A program made the position numbers and the translations under genes. 34,121 nucleotides of DNA from Gemmatimonadales bacterium (GTDB taxonomy: Bacteria; Gemmatimonadota; Gemmatimonadetes; Gemmatimonadales; JACORV01), in assembly GCA_050012655.1 (NCBI GenBank), contig JBEKGT010000002.1:1-34121 (forward strand), in the 5' to 3' direction. This document shows positions 6,919-17,296 of the stretch, one piece after another. The notes under the pieces are model-generated. The model saw only the letters and a program-made list of their open reading frames with translations. It was not told the DNA's origin and did not search any database. The stretch's first letter is position 1. Each line of letters starts with the position of its first letter.

Positions 6919-7740
6919 CTACCGTCCTTCCCGCACCAGCGTGAGGGGGTCGATGGACTTCCCTCCGCGGCGGATCTCGAAATGCAGATGCGGCGCCGTC
7001 GAGTGCCCGGTGTTGCCCGAGAGCGCGATGACCTGGCCGGCCCGCACCGCGTCGTTCCTCGCCACCAGCAGACGCGACAGGTGACCGTACATGGACTGAT
7101 ACCCCTCAGGGTGCTGGATCAGCACGAACAGCCCGTAGGCCGAATCCTGCCCGGCCTCGCGCACCAGTCCGCCACCTGTCGCGCGCACCTCCGAGGCGAC
7201 TGGGACGGCGAGGTCGATGCCGGGGTGCGACTCCTGCGGCGAGTTCGCGCCGACCATCCCCCTGGTGCGGTACGACGGCACCGCCAGCGGCCAGAGATGC
7301 GGCACCGACGGTCCCTCCTCCGTCGTCGTCGCGCTGTCGCCGCGGTCGGTCGGCGCGCGCGCCACGAGGGGCGGCGCCACGTAGAGGCGCTCCTCCCCGC
7401 CGGGGCCCGCCGCGCCTCCCTTGGCCGGCGGCGCACCGATCTGGGCGCCGAGCATGCCCCGCAGCTGCGCGTACCGGGCTTCGGCGTCGTCGAGCGCGGC
7501 GGCGAGCTCCGCGACGCGCCGGCTCTCCCGCGTCAGCCGCATCACCTGGGCGGCAAGGAGCGGCTCGCGCGCGGCTGCCGCGACGATTGGGCCGTAGGCC
7601 ACGACGATCACGACCACCGCGACGAGGACGATCGCCCCGGCGATCACGGCCGCGCGCAGCAGCCACAAGGGCACGTGGATTTCCCGCGACTTGAGGGAGC
7701 CGTCGCGGTGAGCGATGACCGTGTAGCCGGGGCCGCGCAC
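6919..7740 (-). CDS. M23/LytM family metallopeptidase: bitopic, with a coiled-coil linker
   Basis: N-terminal TM (AAVIAGAIVLVAVVVIVVAY), a coiled-coil-like region, then LytM motifs HPGIDLAVP and GNTGHSTAPHLHFEIR. The GTG start overlaps the parB stop by 1 nt. Confidence 0.9.
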   Translation of the reverse strand: MRGPGYTVIAHRDGSLKSREIHVPLWLLRAAVIAGAIVLVAVVVIVVAYGPIVAAAAREPLLAAQVMRLTRESRRVAELAAALDDAEARYAQLRGMLGAQIGAPPAKGGAAGPGGEERLYVAPPLVARAPTDRGDSATTTEEGPSVPHLWPLAVPSYRTRGMVGANSPQESHPGIDLAVPVASEVRATGGGLVREAGQDSAYGLFVLIQHPEGYQSMYGHLSRLLVARNDAVRAGQVIALSGNTGHSTAPHLHFEIRRGGKSIDPLTLVREGR

Positions 7741-8632
7741 TAGCCGTCCCAGCGCCGCCCGAGGATCAGCTCGAGGAGCCGCGCGAGGTCGTCGGACGAG
7801 TAGAAGCGCAGCGAGACGTGGCCTTTGCCCTTCCCCGTCACGACCACCTTCGCGTCCGTGCCCAGCTTCTTGCGCAGCGCGTCCTCGATCCGTCGCACCT
7901 CCGGAGGCGCTGCGCGCTTCGCGCCGCGGCCCTTCGCCTCTCCTACAGCGGCCGGCCGCTGCGGCGCGCGCGTCTGCTGCTCCAGTTCGCGGACCGACCA
8001 GTCCTTCGCCACCGCCTCGCGCGCCAGGCGCACGATGTCCCGCTCGCCGGGAAGGCTGAGCAGGGCGCGCGCGTGGCCGGCCGAGAGCGCGCCGGCGTCG
8101 AGGAGCGCTTGCACCGCCTTCGGGAGCTTCAGGAGCCGGATCGCGTTGGCGACCGTCGAGCGGTCACGGCCCACGCGCTCGGCGATGTCGCCGTGCGAGA
8201 GGCCGAACTCGTTCGCGAGGCGCTCGTATCCCTCCGCCTCGTCGATCGGCGAGAGCGACGCGCGCTGCAGGTTCTCGACGAGGGCGAGGGTGAGGAGCGT
8301 CCGGTCGTCCACGTCGCGGACCACCGCGGGGATGCGCTTCCAGCCGAGCGCCTTCGCGGCCCGCCAGCGCCGCTCGCCGGCCACCAGTTGGTAGCCGCCA
8401 TCCGTCTCGCGGACCACCACCGGCTGGAGCAGCCCCGTGGACGCGAGCGAGCGCTTCAGGTCCTCGAGCGCAGCGGGGTCGAAGGCGCGCCGCGGCTGGA
8501 AGGGGTTGGGAGCGACCTCCGCGAGCGGAATCTCGCGGAGGTCGCCATCGCGCGCCGCTTCCTGCACCGAGGGGACGCCGAGGAGCGCCTCGAGGCCGCG
8601 GCCGAGTCGGCGCTTGCCCATCGCCTCGGCGC

Positions 8633-8636
<4 letters not shown>
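7740..8636 (-). CDS. parB: chromosome partitioning protein ParB/Spo0J
   Basis: GRGLEALLG, the ParB box NPFQPRRAF, LLQPVVVRE and GERRWRAAK, plus an HTH region. ATGA overlap with the parA stop. Confidence 0.95.
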
Positions 8637-9457
<821 letters not shown>

Positions 9458-9500
9458 AGGGAGCGGGAATCTACCCCGCAGCGGGGGGTGCTACAAGAAG

Positions 9501-9516
9501 TGTTGCACGTGCAACA
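9501..9516. promoter_or_regulatory. parS site (perfect 16-bp palindrome TGTTGCACGTGCAACA)
   Basis: Self-complementary 16-mer 44 nt upstream of the parA ATG. It matches the canonical parS TGTTNCACGTGAAACA except for symmetric G/C substitutions in both arms. Confidence 0.8.
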
Positions 9517-9555
9517 GGATGCGCGGGGCAGGGGGCCACTGAAAAGCGCCGGGGG

Positions 9556-9571
9556 CGTTGCACGTGCAACA
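9556..9571. promoter_or_regulatory. second parS site (CGTTGCACGTGCAACA, 15/16 palindromic)
   Basis: Same 14-bp core GTTGCACGTGCAAC, 55 bp from the first copy. Confidence 0.75.
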
Positions 9572-9594
9572 CCCCCGGGAACCCCTCCGGACGG

Positions 9595-9619
9595 GCCCGC
9601 CGGCGTGGCGCCGGCGGGC
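9595..9619 (-). terminator. terminator-like hairpin after the NatAB-like operon
   Basis: GCCCGCCGGCG-TGG-CGCCGGCGGGC, a perfect 11-bp stem, 8 nt downstream of the permease stop (9627) and upstream of parS/parA. No U-tract. Confidence 0.5.
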
Positions 9620-9626
9620 TAGTCGG

Positions 9627-10904
9627 TCAGCTCTCCCGCGCCCAGCGGACCATCTCCTTGATGCTGGGCCGCTTCCCGTACATCAGGATCCCCACCCGGT
9701 AGATGCGCGATGCAAGCCAGACCACGGCGAAGGTCGAGACCACCAGCACCGCGAGGGAGACCGCCACCTCGCCGGGCGGTACTTCCGAGGCCGTGTACCG
9801 GATCGGCATGATGATCGGCGAGAAGAAGGGGATGATCCCCATCGCCACCGCCATCTTCCCGCCCGGGTCCGCGAGGATCATCGGGAACATCACGATCGCG
9901 ACGATCAGGAGCATCGTCACCGGCATCTGGGCCTGTTGCGCCTCGGCCTCGGTGGTCACCGATGCCCCGACCACGGCGAAGAGCGCCGAGTAGATGATGT
10001 ACCCGAAGAGGAAGTACGCGAGCACCAGCAGCACCAGCCCGATCCCGATGACGGGCATCTGGACCTGCGACGCCTGCTCGGGGGAGATGTGCAGGAAGCC
10101 GAAGAGCACCTGGCCGTACGAGACCAGCATGGAGGCGGTGATCCCCCAGATCGCCATCTGGAAGAGCCCCACGCCGCCGACACCGATGACCTTGCCGAGC
10201 ATCAACTCGAACGGCCGGAGGCTGGAGACCAGCACCTCGATGATGCGCGTCTGCTTCTCCTCGATGACACTCCGCATCACGTTCACGCCGTAGAGGAAGA
10301 TCGCCATGTAGAGCACGATCCCGACGATGTAGGCGAGGAAGAACGTCGCCTCGCCCGTCTCCCCCGTGGCGCCGGTCTTGGTGATGCGTTTGGTGCCGAG
10401 CTGGATCCGCTGCTGCGCCTCCTGCACGAGGGCGGGATCGATGCCGCGCCGAGTGAGCCGCTCCATCGTCACGGCCTGGCGGAGCGACCCCTCGAGCATC
10501 GCCATGTTCTGGATCGACGCCACGTTGCGCCCGCGGTACTCGAACTGCCCCGACTCGATCGCGGAGGGGGAGACCGACAGGAAGCCGTCGAGCAGCTTCG
10601 CCTGAACGAGGCGCGTGAGCGAGTCCGAGACCGCCTGAGCGCTTGCGGCGCTCGCCGGGACGACGGTCACCTGGAAGCGGTTCCCGGTGCGGAGTTGGGT
10701 GGCGAGACGCGACGCGAAGCCGCTGGTGCCCTCATCCACGACGGCGATTTTGGCCCCGCTCCCGCGCGTCGCCAGCACCGCCGGGAGCACCGTGATGCCG
10801 ATCAGGAACACCGGCCCGAGGACCGTGGAGATGATGAACCACTTGGTCCGGACGCGCTCGACGAACTCGCGCCGCACCACCGCCGCGACCTTACGGACGT
10901 CCAC
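9627..10904 (-). CDS. ABC-2 family permease (NatB/YhaP-like) with a large extracytoplasmic loop after TM1
   Basis: ORF 9627..11138 trimmed to the GTG at 10904 (VDVRKVAAVVRREFVERVRTKWFIISTVLGPVFL...), preceded by GGAGG and overlapping the ATPase stop by 14 nt. Topology is TM1, a soluble loop of about 170 aa, then 5 C-terminal TMs, as in the NatB family. Confidence 0.8.
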   Translation of the reverse strand: MDVRKVAAVVRREFVERVRTKWFIISTVLGPVFLIGITVLPAVLATRGSGAKIAVVDEGTSGFASRLATQLRTGNRFQVTVVPASAASAQAVSDSLTRLVQAKLLDGFLSVSPSAIESGQFEYRGRNVASIQNMAMLEGSLRQAVTMERLTRRGIDPALVQEAQQRIQLGTKRITKTGATGETGEATFFLAYIVGIVLYMAIFLYGVNVMRSVIEEKQTRIIEVLVSSLRPFELMLGKVIGVGGVGLFQMAIWGITASMLVSYGQVLFGFLHISPEQASQVQMPVIGIGLVLLVLAYFLFGYIIYSALFAVVGASVTTEAEAQQAQMPVTMLLIVAIVMFPMILADPGGKMAVAMGIIPFFSPIIMPIRYTASEVPPGEVAVSLAVLVVSTFAVVWLASRIYRVGILMYGKRPSIKEMVRWARES

Positions 10905-11853
10905 GGACCACCTCCTGCGCGGGAGCGGCCTGCTCGGCGCCCACCTTGTCGAGGAAGATGCGGTGCAGCGAAGGCTCGATGTGCTCGAACCGCCGTAGCC
11001 GCGCACCCGACTGCACCAGGCGCTCGAGGAGGCGCTGGGGGTCGGCGCCCTCGGCCATCGCCAGCTCGGCGTACGGACCGTAGTCATCGGCCTTCGACAC
11101 CAGGTCGCGGTCGGCGAGGACCGACATCGCCTTGTCATCGCCGTCCTCGAACGCCACGGCGACGTGCGTGCCGCCGTGCTCCCGCTTCACCGCCGCCAGG
11201 CCCCCGTCGAGCACCTTCCGACCCCGGGCGATAATGCAGACATGATCACAAATCTTTTCTGCCACGTCCATCTGGTGCGTGGAGAAGATGATCGTCGTCC
11301 CGCCGCGCGAGAGCTCGACGATGATGTCCTTCAGCTCCTGCTGGTTGATCGGGTCGAGGCCGGAGAACGGCTCGTCGAGGATGAGGAGCTCCGGCGAGTG
11401 CAGCATCGTCGAGATGAACTGCACCTTCTGCTGCATCCCCTTCGAGAGTTCCTCGCACTTGCGGAGTCGCCACTCGCCGAGGTCGAGCCGCTCCAGCCAG
11501 TGGTCGGCCTTCTGCGCCGCGACCGCGCGCGGGACGCCCTTCACCTCCGCCAGGAAGACGAGGACGTCGCGCACCTTCATCTTCTTGTAGAGGCCGCGCT
11601 CCTCGGGGAGGAAGCCGATGCGGGCGCTGTGGTGCCGGCCGCCCCGCTCGTCGCCGAAGAGGCGGACGACGCCCTCGTCGGGGATGATGATGTCCATCAC
11701 CATCCGGATCGTGGTGGTCTTGCCGGCGCCGTTCGGGCCCAGGAGCCCGTAGACCGCGCCGCGAGGCACCGAGAGCGACAGGTCCGCTACCGCCACGTGA
11801 CCTGAGAAGCGCTTGGTGATCCGCTCGATGTCGACGACAGATTCGTTGGTCAT
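10891..11853 (-). CDS. ABC transporter ATP-binding protein (NatA-like, with C-terminal accessory domain)
   Basis: ORF trimmed to the ATG at 11853 (MTNESVVDIERITKRFSG...). Walker A GPNGAGKTTT, signature LSKGMQQKV, Walker B LLILDEPFSGLD, and a C-terminal extension of about 90 aa. Confidence 0.9.
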   Translation of the reverse strand: MTNESVVDIERITKRFSGHVAVADLSLSVPRGAVYGLLGPNGAGKTTTIRMVMDIIIPDEGVVRLFGDERGGRHHSARIGFLPEERGLYKKMKVRDVLVFLAEVKGVPRAVAAQKADHWLERLDLGEWRLRKCEELSKGMQQKVQFISTMLHSPELLILDEPFSGLDPINQQELKDIIVELSRGGTTIIFSTHQMDVAEKICDHVCIIARGRKVLDGGLAAVKREHGGTHVAVAFEDGDDKAMSVLADRDLVSKADDYGPYAELAMAEGADPQRLLERLVQSGARLRRFEHIEPSLHRIFLDKVGAEQAAPAQEVVRGRP

Positions 11854-12018
11854 GACAGGGGGGCTGGAGACGCGCACCCTACGCGCACCGCCACCGTTCC
11901 GTTTCGCGGCGCGGGCCACGAGGGACGGCAGGGCAGGGGACGAAGCGGACGGCGCCGCGCGGGCGACATCCAGGAATGGTGCCGGGTCCGGCCCCCGCAG
12001 GCAAGCGGCGGCGGGGCG

Positions 12019-12468
12019 CTACTCGGTCGAGACGCTCCCGCCGTCCGCGCGCAGCGCCGCATGCAGCGTGTGCCACGCGAGGTTCGCGCACTTCACCCGG
12101 GCGGGGAATCCCCGCACCCCGGCGAAGGCCGCGAGCTTGCCGAGCGCCTGGGGGTCCGCCGGCGCCGCGGGGTCCACCACCATGTCGTGGAAGGCGGTGA
12201 AGAGGCGCTCCGCCTCCTCGACCCTCTTGCCGACGACGGCGCCGGTCATGAGCGACGCGGACGCGGTGGAGATCGCGCAGCCGGCGCCCTCGAACCCGAT
12301 GTCGCGGATCACGCCGCCCTCGACGTCCACGAACACGGTGATGCGATCGCCGCAGAGCGGATTGTCGCCGGCGGCCTCGTGGGTGTGGTGCGCCGGGCGC
12401 CCGCGGTGCCGCGGATGCCGGTTGTGGTCGACGATGACCTGCTGGTAGAGGTCGCGGAGCTCCGGCAT
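12019..12468 (-). CDS. sufU: SUF system zinc-dependent sulfurtransferase SufU (NifU/IscU-like)
   Basis: NPLCGD, GAGCAISTASAS and RVKCANLAWHTL ligand motifs. The ATG overlaps the sufS stop by 1 nt. Confidence 0.9.
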   Translation of the reverse strand: MPELRDLYQQVIVDHNRHPRHRGRPAHHTHEAAGDNPLCGDRITVFVDVEGGVIRDIGFEGAGCAISTASASLMTGAVVGKRVEEAERLFTAFHDMVVDPAAPADPQALGKLAAFAGVRGFPARVKCANLAWHTLHAALRADGGSVSTE

Positions 12469-13733
12469 CAGCCGAGAACCTCCCGGACGCGGGCCACCGC
12501 GCCCGCGAGCACGTCCACTTCGGCGTGCGTGTTGTACAAGGCGAACGACGCGCGCGCCGTCGCCGGGATCCCGAAGAACTCCATCACCGGCTGCGCGCAG
12601 TGGTGGCCGGTGCGCAGCGCGACGCCCTCCTGGTCCACGATCGTGCCGACGTCGTGCGCGTGCGCACCCTCGAGCACGAACGAGACGACGCCCACCTTCT
12701 CCGCGGCCGTCCCGACGATCCGCAGCCCCGGCACCGCCGTCAGCGCCTGGGTCGCGTGCGCGAGGAGCTCCGCCTCGTGAGCCATGACCGCGTCCCAGTC
12801 GAGCGCCGTGACGTATTCCAGCGCCGCCGCCATCCCGACCGCACCGGCGATGTTCGGCGTCCCCGCCTCAAAGCGCGCCGGCGGCGGGGCGTAGGTCGTG
12901 CCCGCGAAGCTCACCGAGCGGATCATATCGCCACCGCCCTGGTACGGGGGCATCGCCTCGAGGTGCTCCAGCCGCCCGTACAGGAAGCCGATGCCCGTCG
13001 GTCCGAACACCTTGTGGCCCGACGCCGCGTAGAAGTCGCAGCCGAGGTCGCGGACGTCCACCCGCAGGTGGGGGAGCGCCTGCGCCCCGTCCACCAGCAC
13101 CGGGATCCCCTTCGCGTGGGCCCGCGCGACGATCTCCTTCACCGGGTTCACAGTGCCGAGGGCGTTCGAGACATGCCCCACCGCCACCATCCGCGTCCGC
13201 GGCCCGAGGAGCGCGTCGAGGCCGTCGAGCACCAGCTCGCCCCGCTCGTTCATCGGGATGACCCGCAGCCGCGCCCCACGCTCCGCACAGACCATCTGCC
13301 ACGGGACGATGTTCGAGTGGTGCTCCATCGCGGAGACGAGGACCTCATCGTCCGGCGCGAGGCGCGGCTTGCAGAAGCTCTGCGCGACGAGGTTCACGCC
13401 CTCGGTGGTGCCGCGCACGAACACGATCTCGCGGTCATCCGCCGCGTTCACGAACCGCGCCGTGCGGATCCGTGCGCCCTCATACAGCCGCGTGGCCCGC
13501 TCGCAGAGGTCGTACACGCCGCGGTGGATGTTCGCGTTGTCCTCGGAGTAGAACCGGCTGATCGCGTCGATCACCTGGCGCGGCTTCTGCGTCGTCGCCG
13601 CGTTGTCGAGGTAGATGAGCGGCCGGCCGTCGGCCACGGTCTGGTGGAGCAGGGGGAAGTCCGCCCGCACGCGCTCCACGTCAAAGCGCGTCCGCGCCGG
13701 GGCGCCAAGCGGGGCCCGTGCCGCGGCGGTCAC
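12468..13733 (-). CDS. sufS: cysteine desulfurase SufS (class II aminotransferase V)
   Basis: ORF 12468..14984 trimmed to the GTG at 13733, which forms a GTGA overlap with the sufD stop. YLDNAATTQKP, PLP-Lys region ASGHKVFGPTGIGFLYG, catalytic Cys RTGHHCAQP. 421 aa. Confidence 0.95.
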   Translation of the reverse strand: MTAAARAPLGAPARTRFDVERVRADFPLLHQTVADGRPLIYLDNAATTQKPRQVIDAISRFYSEDNANIHRGVYDLCERATRLYEGARIRTARFVNAADDREIVFVRGTTEGVNLVAQSFCKPRLAPDDEVLVSAMEHHSNIVPWQMVCAERGARLRVIPMNERGELVLDGLDALLGPRTRMVAVGHVSNALGTVNPVKEIVARAHAKGIPVLVDGAQALPHLRVDVRDLGCDFYAASGHKVFGPTGIGFLYGRLEHLEAMPPYQGGGDMIRSVSFAGTTYAPPPARFEAGTPNIAGAVGMAAALEYVTALDWDAVMAHEAELLAHATQALTAVPGLRIVGTAAEKVGVVSFVLEGAHAHDVGTIVDQEGVALRTGHHCAQPVMEFFGIPATARASFALYNTHAEVDVLAGAVARVREVLG

Positions 13734-15082
13734 CCGGCCGCCCCGCCGGCGCCGAGGAGCCGTGCGCGCACGATGCCGTCGAGCTGCGCGCGCAGCTCCG
13801 GCACCGCCATCCGGCCGAGGATCTCCGCGCCGAAGCCGTAGGTCACCAGCGCCCGGGCCTCCGTCGCGCCGAGGCCGCGGCTCTTGAGGTAGAAGAGCGC
13901 CTTCTCGTCGATCGGACCCATCGTCGCGCCGTGCGTGCACTTCACGTCGTCGGCGTAGATCTCCAGCTGCGGCTGGCTGTCGGCGCGCGCCTCTTCCGAG
14001 AGGAGGAGGTTGTTGTTGGTCTGCTTGGAGTCGGTGCGCTGCGCCCCGGGGCGCACGATGATCCGCCCGTTGAACACGCCGTGCGCACGGCCATCCAGTA
14101 CGCCGTTGAAGTACTCGTGGCTCTCCGCGTGCGGCCGCGCGTGGTCGATCACCGTGTGGTGGTCCAGGTGCTGGGAGCCCTCCCCCAGGTAGAGCCCGTT
14201 CAGCAGGCAGGTCGAGCCCTCGCCGTCGAGCACCGCTGTCAGGTCGTGGCGCGCGAGCGCCGCGCCGAACGCCACCGGGTGCACGTGGACGACGCTGTCC
14301 CGGCCCTGGCGCGTGTGCGTGGCGGCCACGTGAAAGGCCTGGCGGCTCTCCCGCTGGATGCGGTACACCTCGGCCCGCGCACCCTCGGCCGCGATCACTT
14401 CCGTCACCGCGTTCGTGAAGTACCGCGCACCTTCGGCTCCCGCGTAGCTCTCGACCACCACGACCTTGGCCCGGCGCTCGGCCACGATCAGGGTGCGGGC
14501 GTGCGCCACGACGGGCTCCGCCTCGTCCGTCGCCAGGAACAGGACCTGCAGCGGCTCGGCCACGGCGGTCCCCTCCGCGACGTGCACGTACGCGCCGTCG
14601 GCGAGGAACGCGGTGTTGAGGGCCGAGAACGCGCTTGCGGCGTCCGCCCCCGACGAGCCGAGATGCGCCTTCACCCGCTCTGGGTCGCGCGCGAGCGCGT
14701 CCGCGAGGCTCGTGACCGTGACGCCCGCGGCGAGGCCGGCCGTCGCCGAGAGCCTTGGTGCGAATCGCCCGTTGATGAACACGAGCCGGTGCCGGCCGGC
14801 GCCCGGCAGCAGGTACGCCGCCAGGTCCGCCTCCGCGGGTGCGCCCGCGCCGGCCCGCGCCAGCACGAACGGCGTCTCGAGGATCGGCGCCACGCTGGTG
14901 AGGCGCCATTCCTCGAGGTGCGTCGTCGGGAACCCCAGCTCCCCGAAGCGCGCGATGCCCCGGGCGCGGAGCGCCACCAGCCACGCCGGCGCGGCCTTGG
15001 CACCGTTGCCGGCGAACGCCCGGTGCGCCGCCAGGTAGTGGTCCGCCGCGGCCGCAGGACCGGCCATCACCGTGGCGCCCAC
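13730..15082 (-). CDS. sufD: Fe-S cluster assembly protein SufD
   Basis: Typical SufD C-terminal beta-helix (HTVIDHARPHAESHEYFNGVLDGRAHGVFNGRIIVRPGAQRTDSKQTNNNLLLS, EIYADDVKCTHGATMG). The start is taken as the GTG at 15082, 2 nt after the sufC stop. An ATG at 15067 is an alternative. Confidence 0.9.
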   Translation of the reverse strand: MGATVMAGPAAAADHYLAAHRAFAGNGAKAAPAWLVALRARGIARFGELGFPTTHLEEWRLTSVAPILETPFVLARAGAGAPAEADLAAYLLPGAGRHRLVFINGRFAPRLSATAGLAAGVTVTSLADALARDPERVKAHLGSSGADAASAFSALNTAFLADGAYVHVAEGTAVAEPLQVLFLATDEAEPVVAHARTLIVAERRAKVVVVESYAGAEGARYFTNAVTEVIAAEGARAEVYRIQRESRQAFHVAATHTRQGRDSVVHVHPVAFGAALARHDLTAVLDGEGSTCLLNGLYLGEGSQHLDHHTVIDHARPHAESHEYFNGVLDGRAHGVFNGRIIVRPGAQRTDSKQTNNNLLLSEEARADSQPQLEIYADDVKCTHGATMGPIDEKALFYLKSRGLGATEARALVTYGFGAEILGRMAVPELRAQLDGIVRARLLGAGGAAG

Positions 15083-15083
15083 G

Positions 15084-15860
15084 TCAGACCGCCGCCGCTT
15101 CCGGCCGGAGCCAGTCGTAGCCCCGCGCCTCGAGCTCGTGCGCCAGCTCCTTCCCGCCCGACTTCACGATCCGCCCGTCCGCCAGCACGTGGACGAAGTC
15201 CGGCGTGATGTAGTTGAGGAGGCGCTGGTAGTGCGTCACGATCAGCGTCGCGTTGTCGGGACGGCGCAGCCGGTTGACGGCGTTCGCCACCGTCTTCAGC
15301 GCGTCGATGTCGAGCCCCGAGTCGGTCTCGTCGAGGATCGCCAGCCGCGGCTCAAGCACCGCCATCTGGAGAATCTCGTTGCGCTTCTTCTCCCCGCCCG
15401 AGAAGCCGTCGTTGACCGGCCGGTTCATCATCTCGTCGCCCAGCTCCACGGCCTTCGCCTTCTCCTCGAGCACGCCGATGAAGTCGATCGGGTCGAGCTC
15501 CTCCAGGCCCCGGTGCTTCCGGATCGCGTTCAGCGCCGAGCGCAGGAAGTAGGCGTTCGTGATGCCCTTGATCTCGACCGGGTACTGGAACGCGAGGAAC
15601 ACCCCCTCGCGCGCCCGCTCCTCCGGGGCGAGGCCCAACAGGTCCTTCCCCTCGTAGGTGACGGTGCCGCCGGTCACGGTGTACGCGGGGTGCCCCGCCA
15701 GCACCTGGGCCAGCGTGCTCTTCCCCGAGCCGTTCGGCCCCATGATGGCGTGCACTTCGCCCGCTCGGATCGCAAGATCCACCCCGTGGAGGATCTCCGT
15801 CCCCTGCACCGACGCCCGCAATCCCCTGATCTCCAGCATGTCCGGTGCTCGCTCCCTCAT
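15084..15860 (-). CDS. sufC: Fe-S cluster assembly ATPase SufC
   Basis: GPNGSGKSTL, FSGGEKKRNEILQM and LAILDETDSGLDIDAL. The ATG at 15860 lies 2 nt after the sufB TAA. The ATG at 15839 (MLEIRGLRASV, the canonical SufC N-terminus) is an equally good start. The remainder of ORF 15084..17027 is overlap with sufB. Confidence 0.93.
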   Translation of the reverse strand: MRERAPDMLEIRGLRASVQGTEILHGVDLAIRAGEVHAIMGPNGSGKSTLAQVLAGHPAYTVTGGTVTYEGKDLLGLAPEERAREGVFLAFQYPVEIKGITNAYFLRSALNAIRKHRGLEELDPIDFIGVLEEKAKAVELGDEMMNRPVNDGFSGGEKKRNEILQMAVLEPRLAILDETDSGLDIDALKTVANAVNRLRRPDNATLIVTHYQRLLNYITPDFVHVLADGRIVKSGGKELAHELEARGYDWLRPEAAAV

Positions 15861-15862
15861 GG

Positions 15863-17296
15863 TTAGCCGACGCTGCCTTCGAGGCTGATGCCGAGAAGGT
15901 TCTGCGCCTCCACGGCGAACTCCATCGGCAGCTCGCGGAAGACTTCCTTGCAGAACCCGTTGACGATCATCGAGACCGCGTCCTCCGCCGAGAGGCCGCG
16001 CTGCTTGCAGTAGAAGATCTGGTCCTCGCCGATCTTCGACGTGGACGCCTCGTGCTCCATGGTCGCGGTGCTGTTGCGCACGTCGATGTAGGGGAAGGTG
16101 TGCGCCCCGCACTGGTCGCCGATGAGCATCGAATCGCACTGCGAGTAGTTCCGTGCGCCCGTCGCGCCCTTGAGGATCTTCACCTGCCCGCGGTAGGTGT
16201 TCTGCCCGCGGCCAGCGGAGATGCCCTTCGAGACGATGGTGCTGCGCGTGTTCTTGCCGATGTGGATCATCTTGGTGCCGGTGTCCGCCTGCTGCCGGCC
16301 CGCCGTCACCGCGACCGAGTAGAACTCGCCGATCGAGTCGTCGCCCTGCAGGATGCACCCCGGGTACTTCCAGGTGATCGCCGAGCCGGTCTCCACCTGC
16401 GTCCACGAGATCTTCGCGGCCCGGCCCGCGCACCTCCCGCGCTTCGTTACGAAGTTGTAGATGCCACCCTTCCCCTCGGCGTCCCCCGGATACCAGTTCT
16501 GCACCGTCGAGTACTTGATCTCGGCGTGTTCGAGCGCCACCAGCTCGACAACCGCCGCGTGCAGCTGGTTCTCGTCGCGCATCGGCGCCGAGCACCCCTC
16601 GAGGTAGCTGACGTAGCTCCCCTCGTCCGCTACGATGAGCGTCCGCTCGAACTGCCCCGTCGAGGAAGCGTTGATGCGGAAGTACGTGGAGAGCTCGAGA
16701 GGACAGCGCACGCCCTTCGGGATGTACGCGAACGAGCCGTCGCTGAACACCGCGGCGTTCAACGCCGCGAAGAAGTTGTCCGAGGAGGGAACCACCGTGC
16801 CGAGGTACTGCTCGATGAGGTCCGGGTGCTCCCGCACTGCGTCGGAGAAGGAACAGAAGATGATCCCTTCCTTCGCCAGCGTCTCCTTGAAGGTGGTGCC
16901 GACCGACACGCTGTCGAAGACCGCGTCCACCGCGACCCCCGTCAGCCGCTTCTGCTCGCCCAGTGGGATGCCGAGCTTCTCGAACGTCTCGAGGAGCTTC
17001 GGATCCACCTGCTCGAGGCTCTCCCACTTCTTCTGCTGCCTGGGCGAGGAGTAGTAGCGGATCGCCTGGTAGTCGATGTCCGCGTACGTGACGTTCGCCC
17101 AGCGCGGCTCACGCATCGTCAGCCAGTGCCGGTACGCCTTCAGCCGCCACTCGAGGAGGAACGCAGGCTCGCCCTTCTTCGCCGAGATGAGGCGGATGAC
17201 GTCCTCGTTGAGCCCCGGCGGGACGGTGTCCGCGTCGATGTCGGTGACGAAGCCGTACTTGTAGGGCTGCAGGACCTGGGACTCGATCGACGTCAT
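15863..17296 (-). CDS. sufB: Fe-S cluster assembly scaffold SufB
   Basis: ORF trimmed to the ATG at 17296 ([20 protein letters not shown]...), which forms an ATGA overlap with the sufR stop. Highly conserved SufB blocks are present ([56 protein letters not shown]). Confidence 0.95.
   Translation of the reverse strand: MTSIESQVLQPYKYGFVTDIDADTVPPGLNEDVIRLISAKKGEPAFLLEWRLKAYRHWLTMREPRWANVTYADIDYQAIRYYSSPRQQKKWESLEQVDPKLLETFEKLGIPLGEQKRLTGVAVDAVFDSVSVGTTFKETLAKEGIIFCSFSDAVREHPDLIEQYLGTVVPSSDNFFAALNAAVFSDGSFAYIPKGVRCPLELSTYFRINASSTGQFERTLIVADEGSYVSYLEGCSAPMRDENQLHAAVVELVALEHAEIKYSTVQNWYPGDAEGKGGIYNFVTKRGRCAGRAAKISWTQVETGSAITWKYPGCILQGDDSIGEFYSVAVTAGRQQADTGTKMIHIGKNTRSTIVSKGISAGRGQNTYRGQVKILKGATGARNYSQCDSMLIGDQCGAHTFPYIDVRNSTATMEHEASTSKIGEDQIFYCKQRGLSAEDAVSMIVNGFCKEVFRELPMEFAVEAQNLLGISLEGSVG

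Noticed and set aside
9558-11234. 558-aa plus-strand ORF (His/Asp/Arg/Pro-rich) starting inside the second parS site
   Set aside because: It is antisense to the NatB-like permease and NatA-like ATPase, which carry clear family motifs. Its composition is the typical shadow-frame artefact of high-GC DNA, and its TTG start lies inside the parS palindrome.
14321-14338. CACGTGAAA half-site inside sufD (and other isolated CACGTG hexamers) as additional parS sites
   Set aside because: Only one arm resembles parS and the other arm does not. The symmetric GTTGCACGTGCAAC core is found only upstream of parA in this window.
13734-14984. N-terminal 417-aa extension of the sufS ORF (ORF 12468..14984)
   Set aside because: The extension is a shadow frame over sufD. 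SufS homology begins right after the GTG at 13733, which forms a GTGA junction with the sufD stop.
15861-17027. N-terminal extension of the sufC ORF (ORF 15084..17027)
   Set aside because: The extension overlaps sufB in another frame and is Arg/Gly-rich. SufC homology starts at MLEIRGL (15839), with an alternative ATG at 15860.
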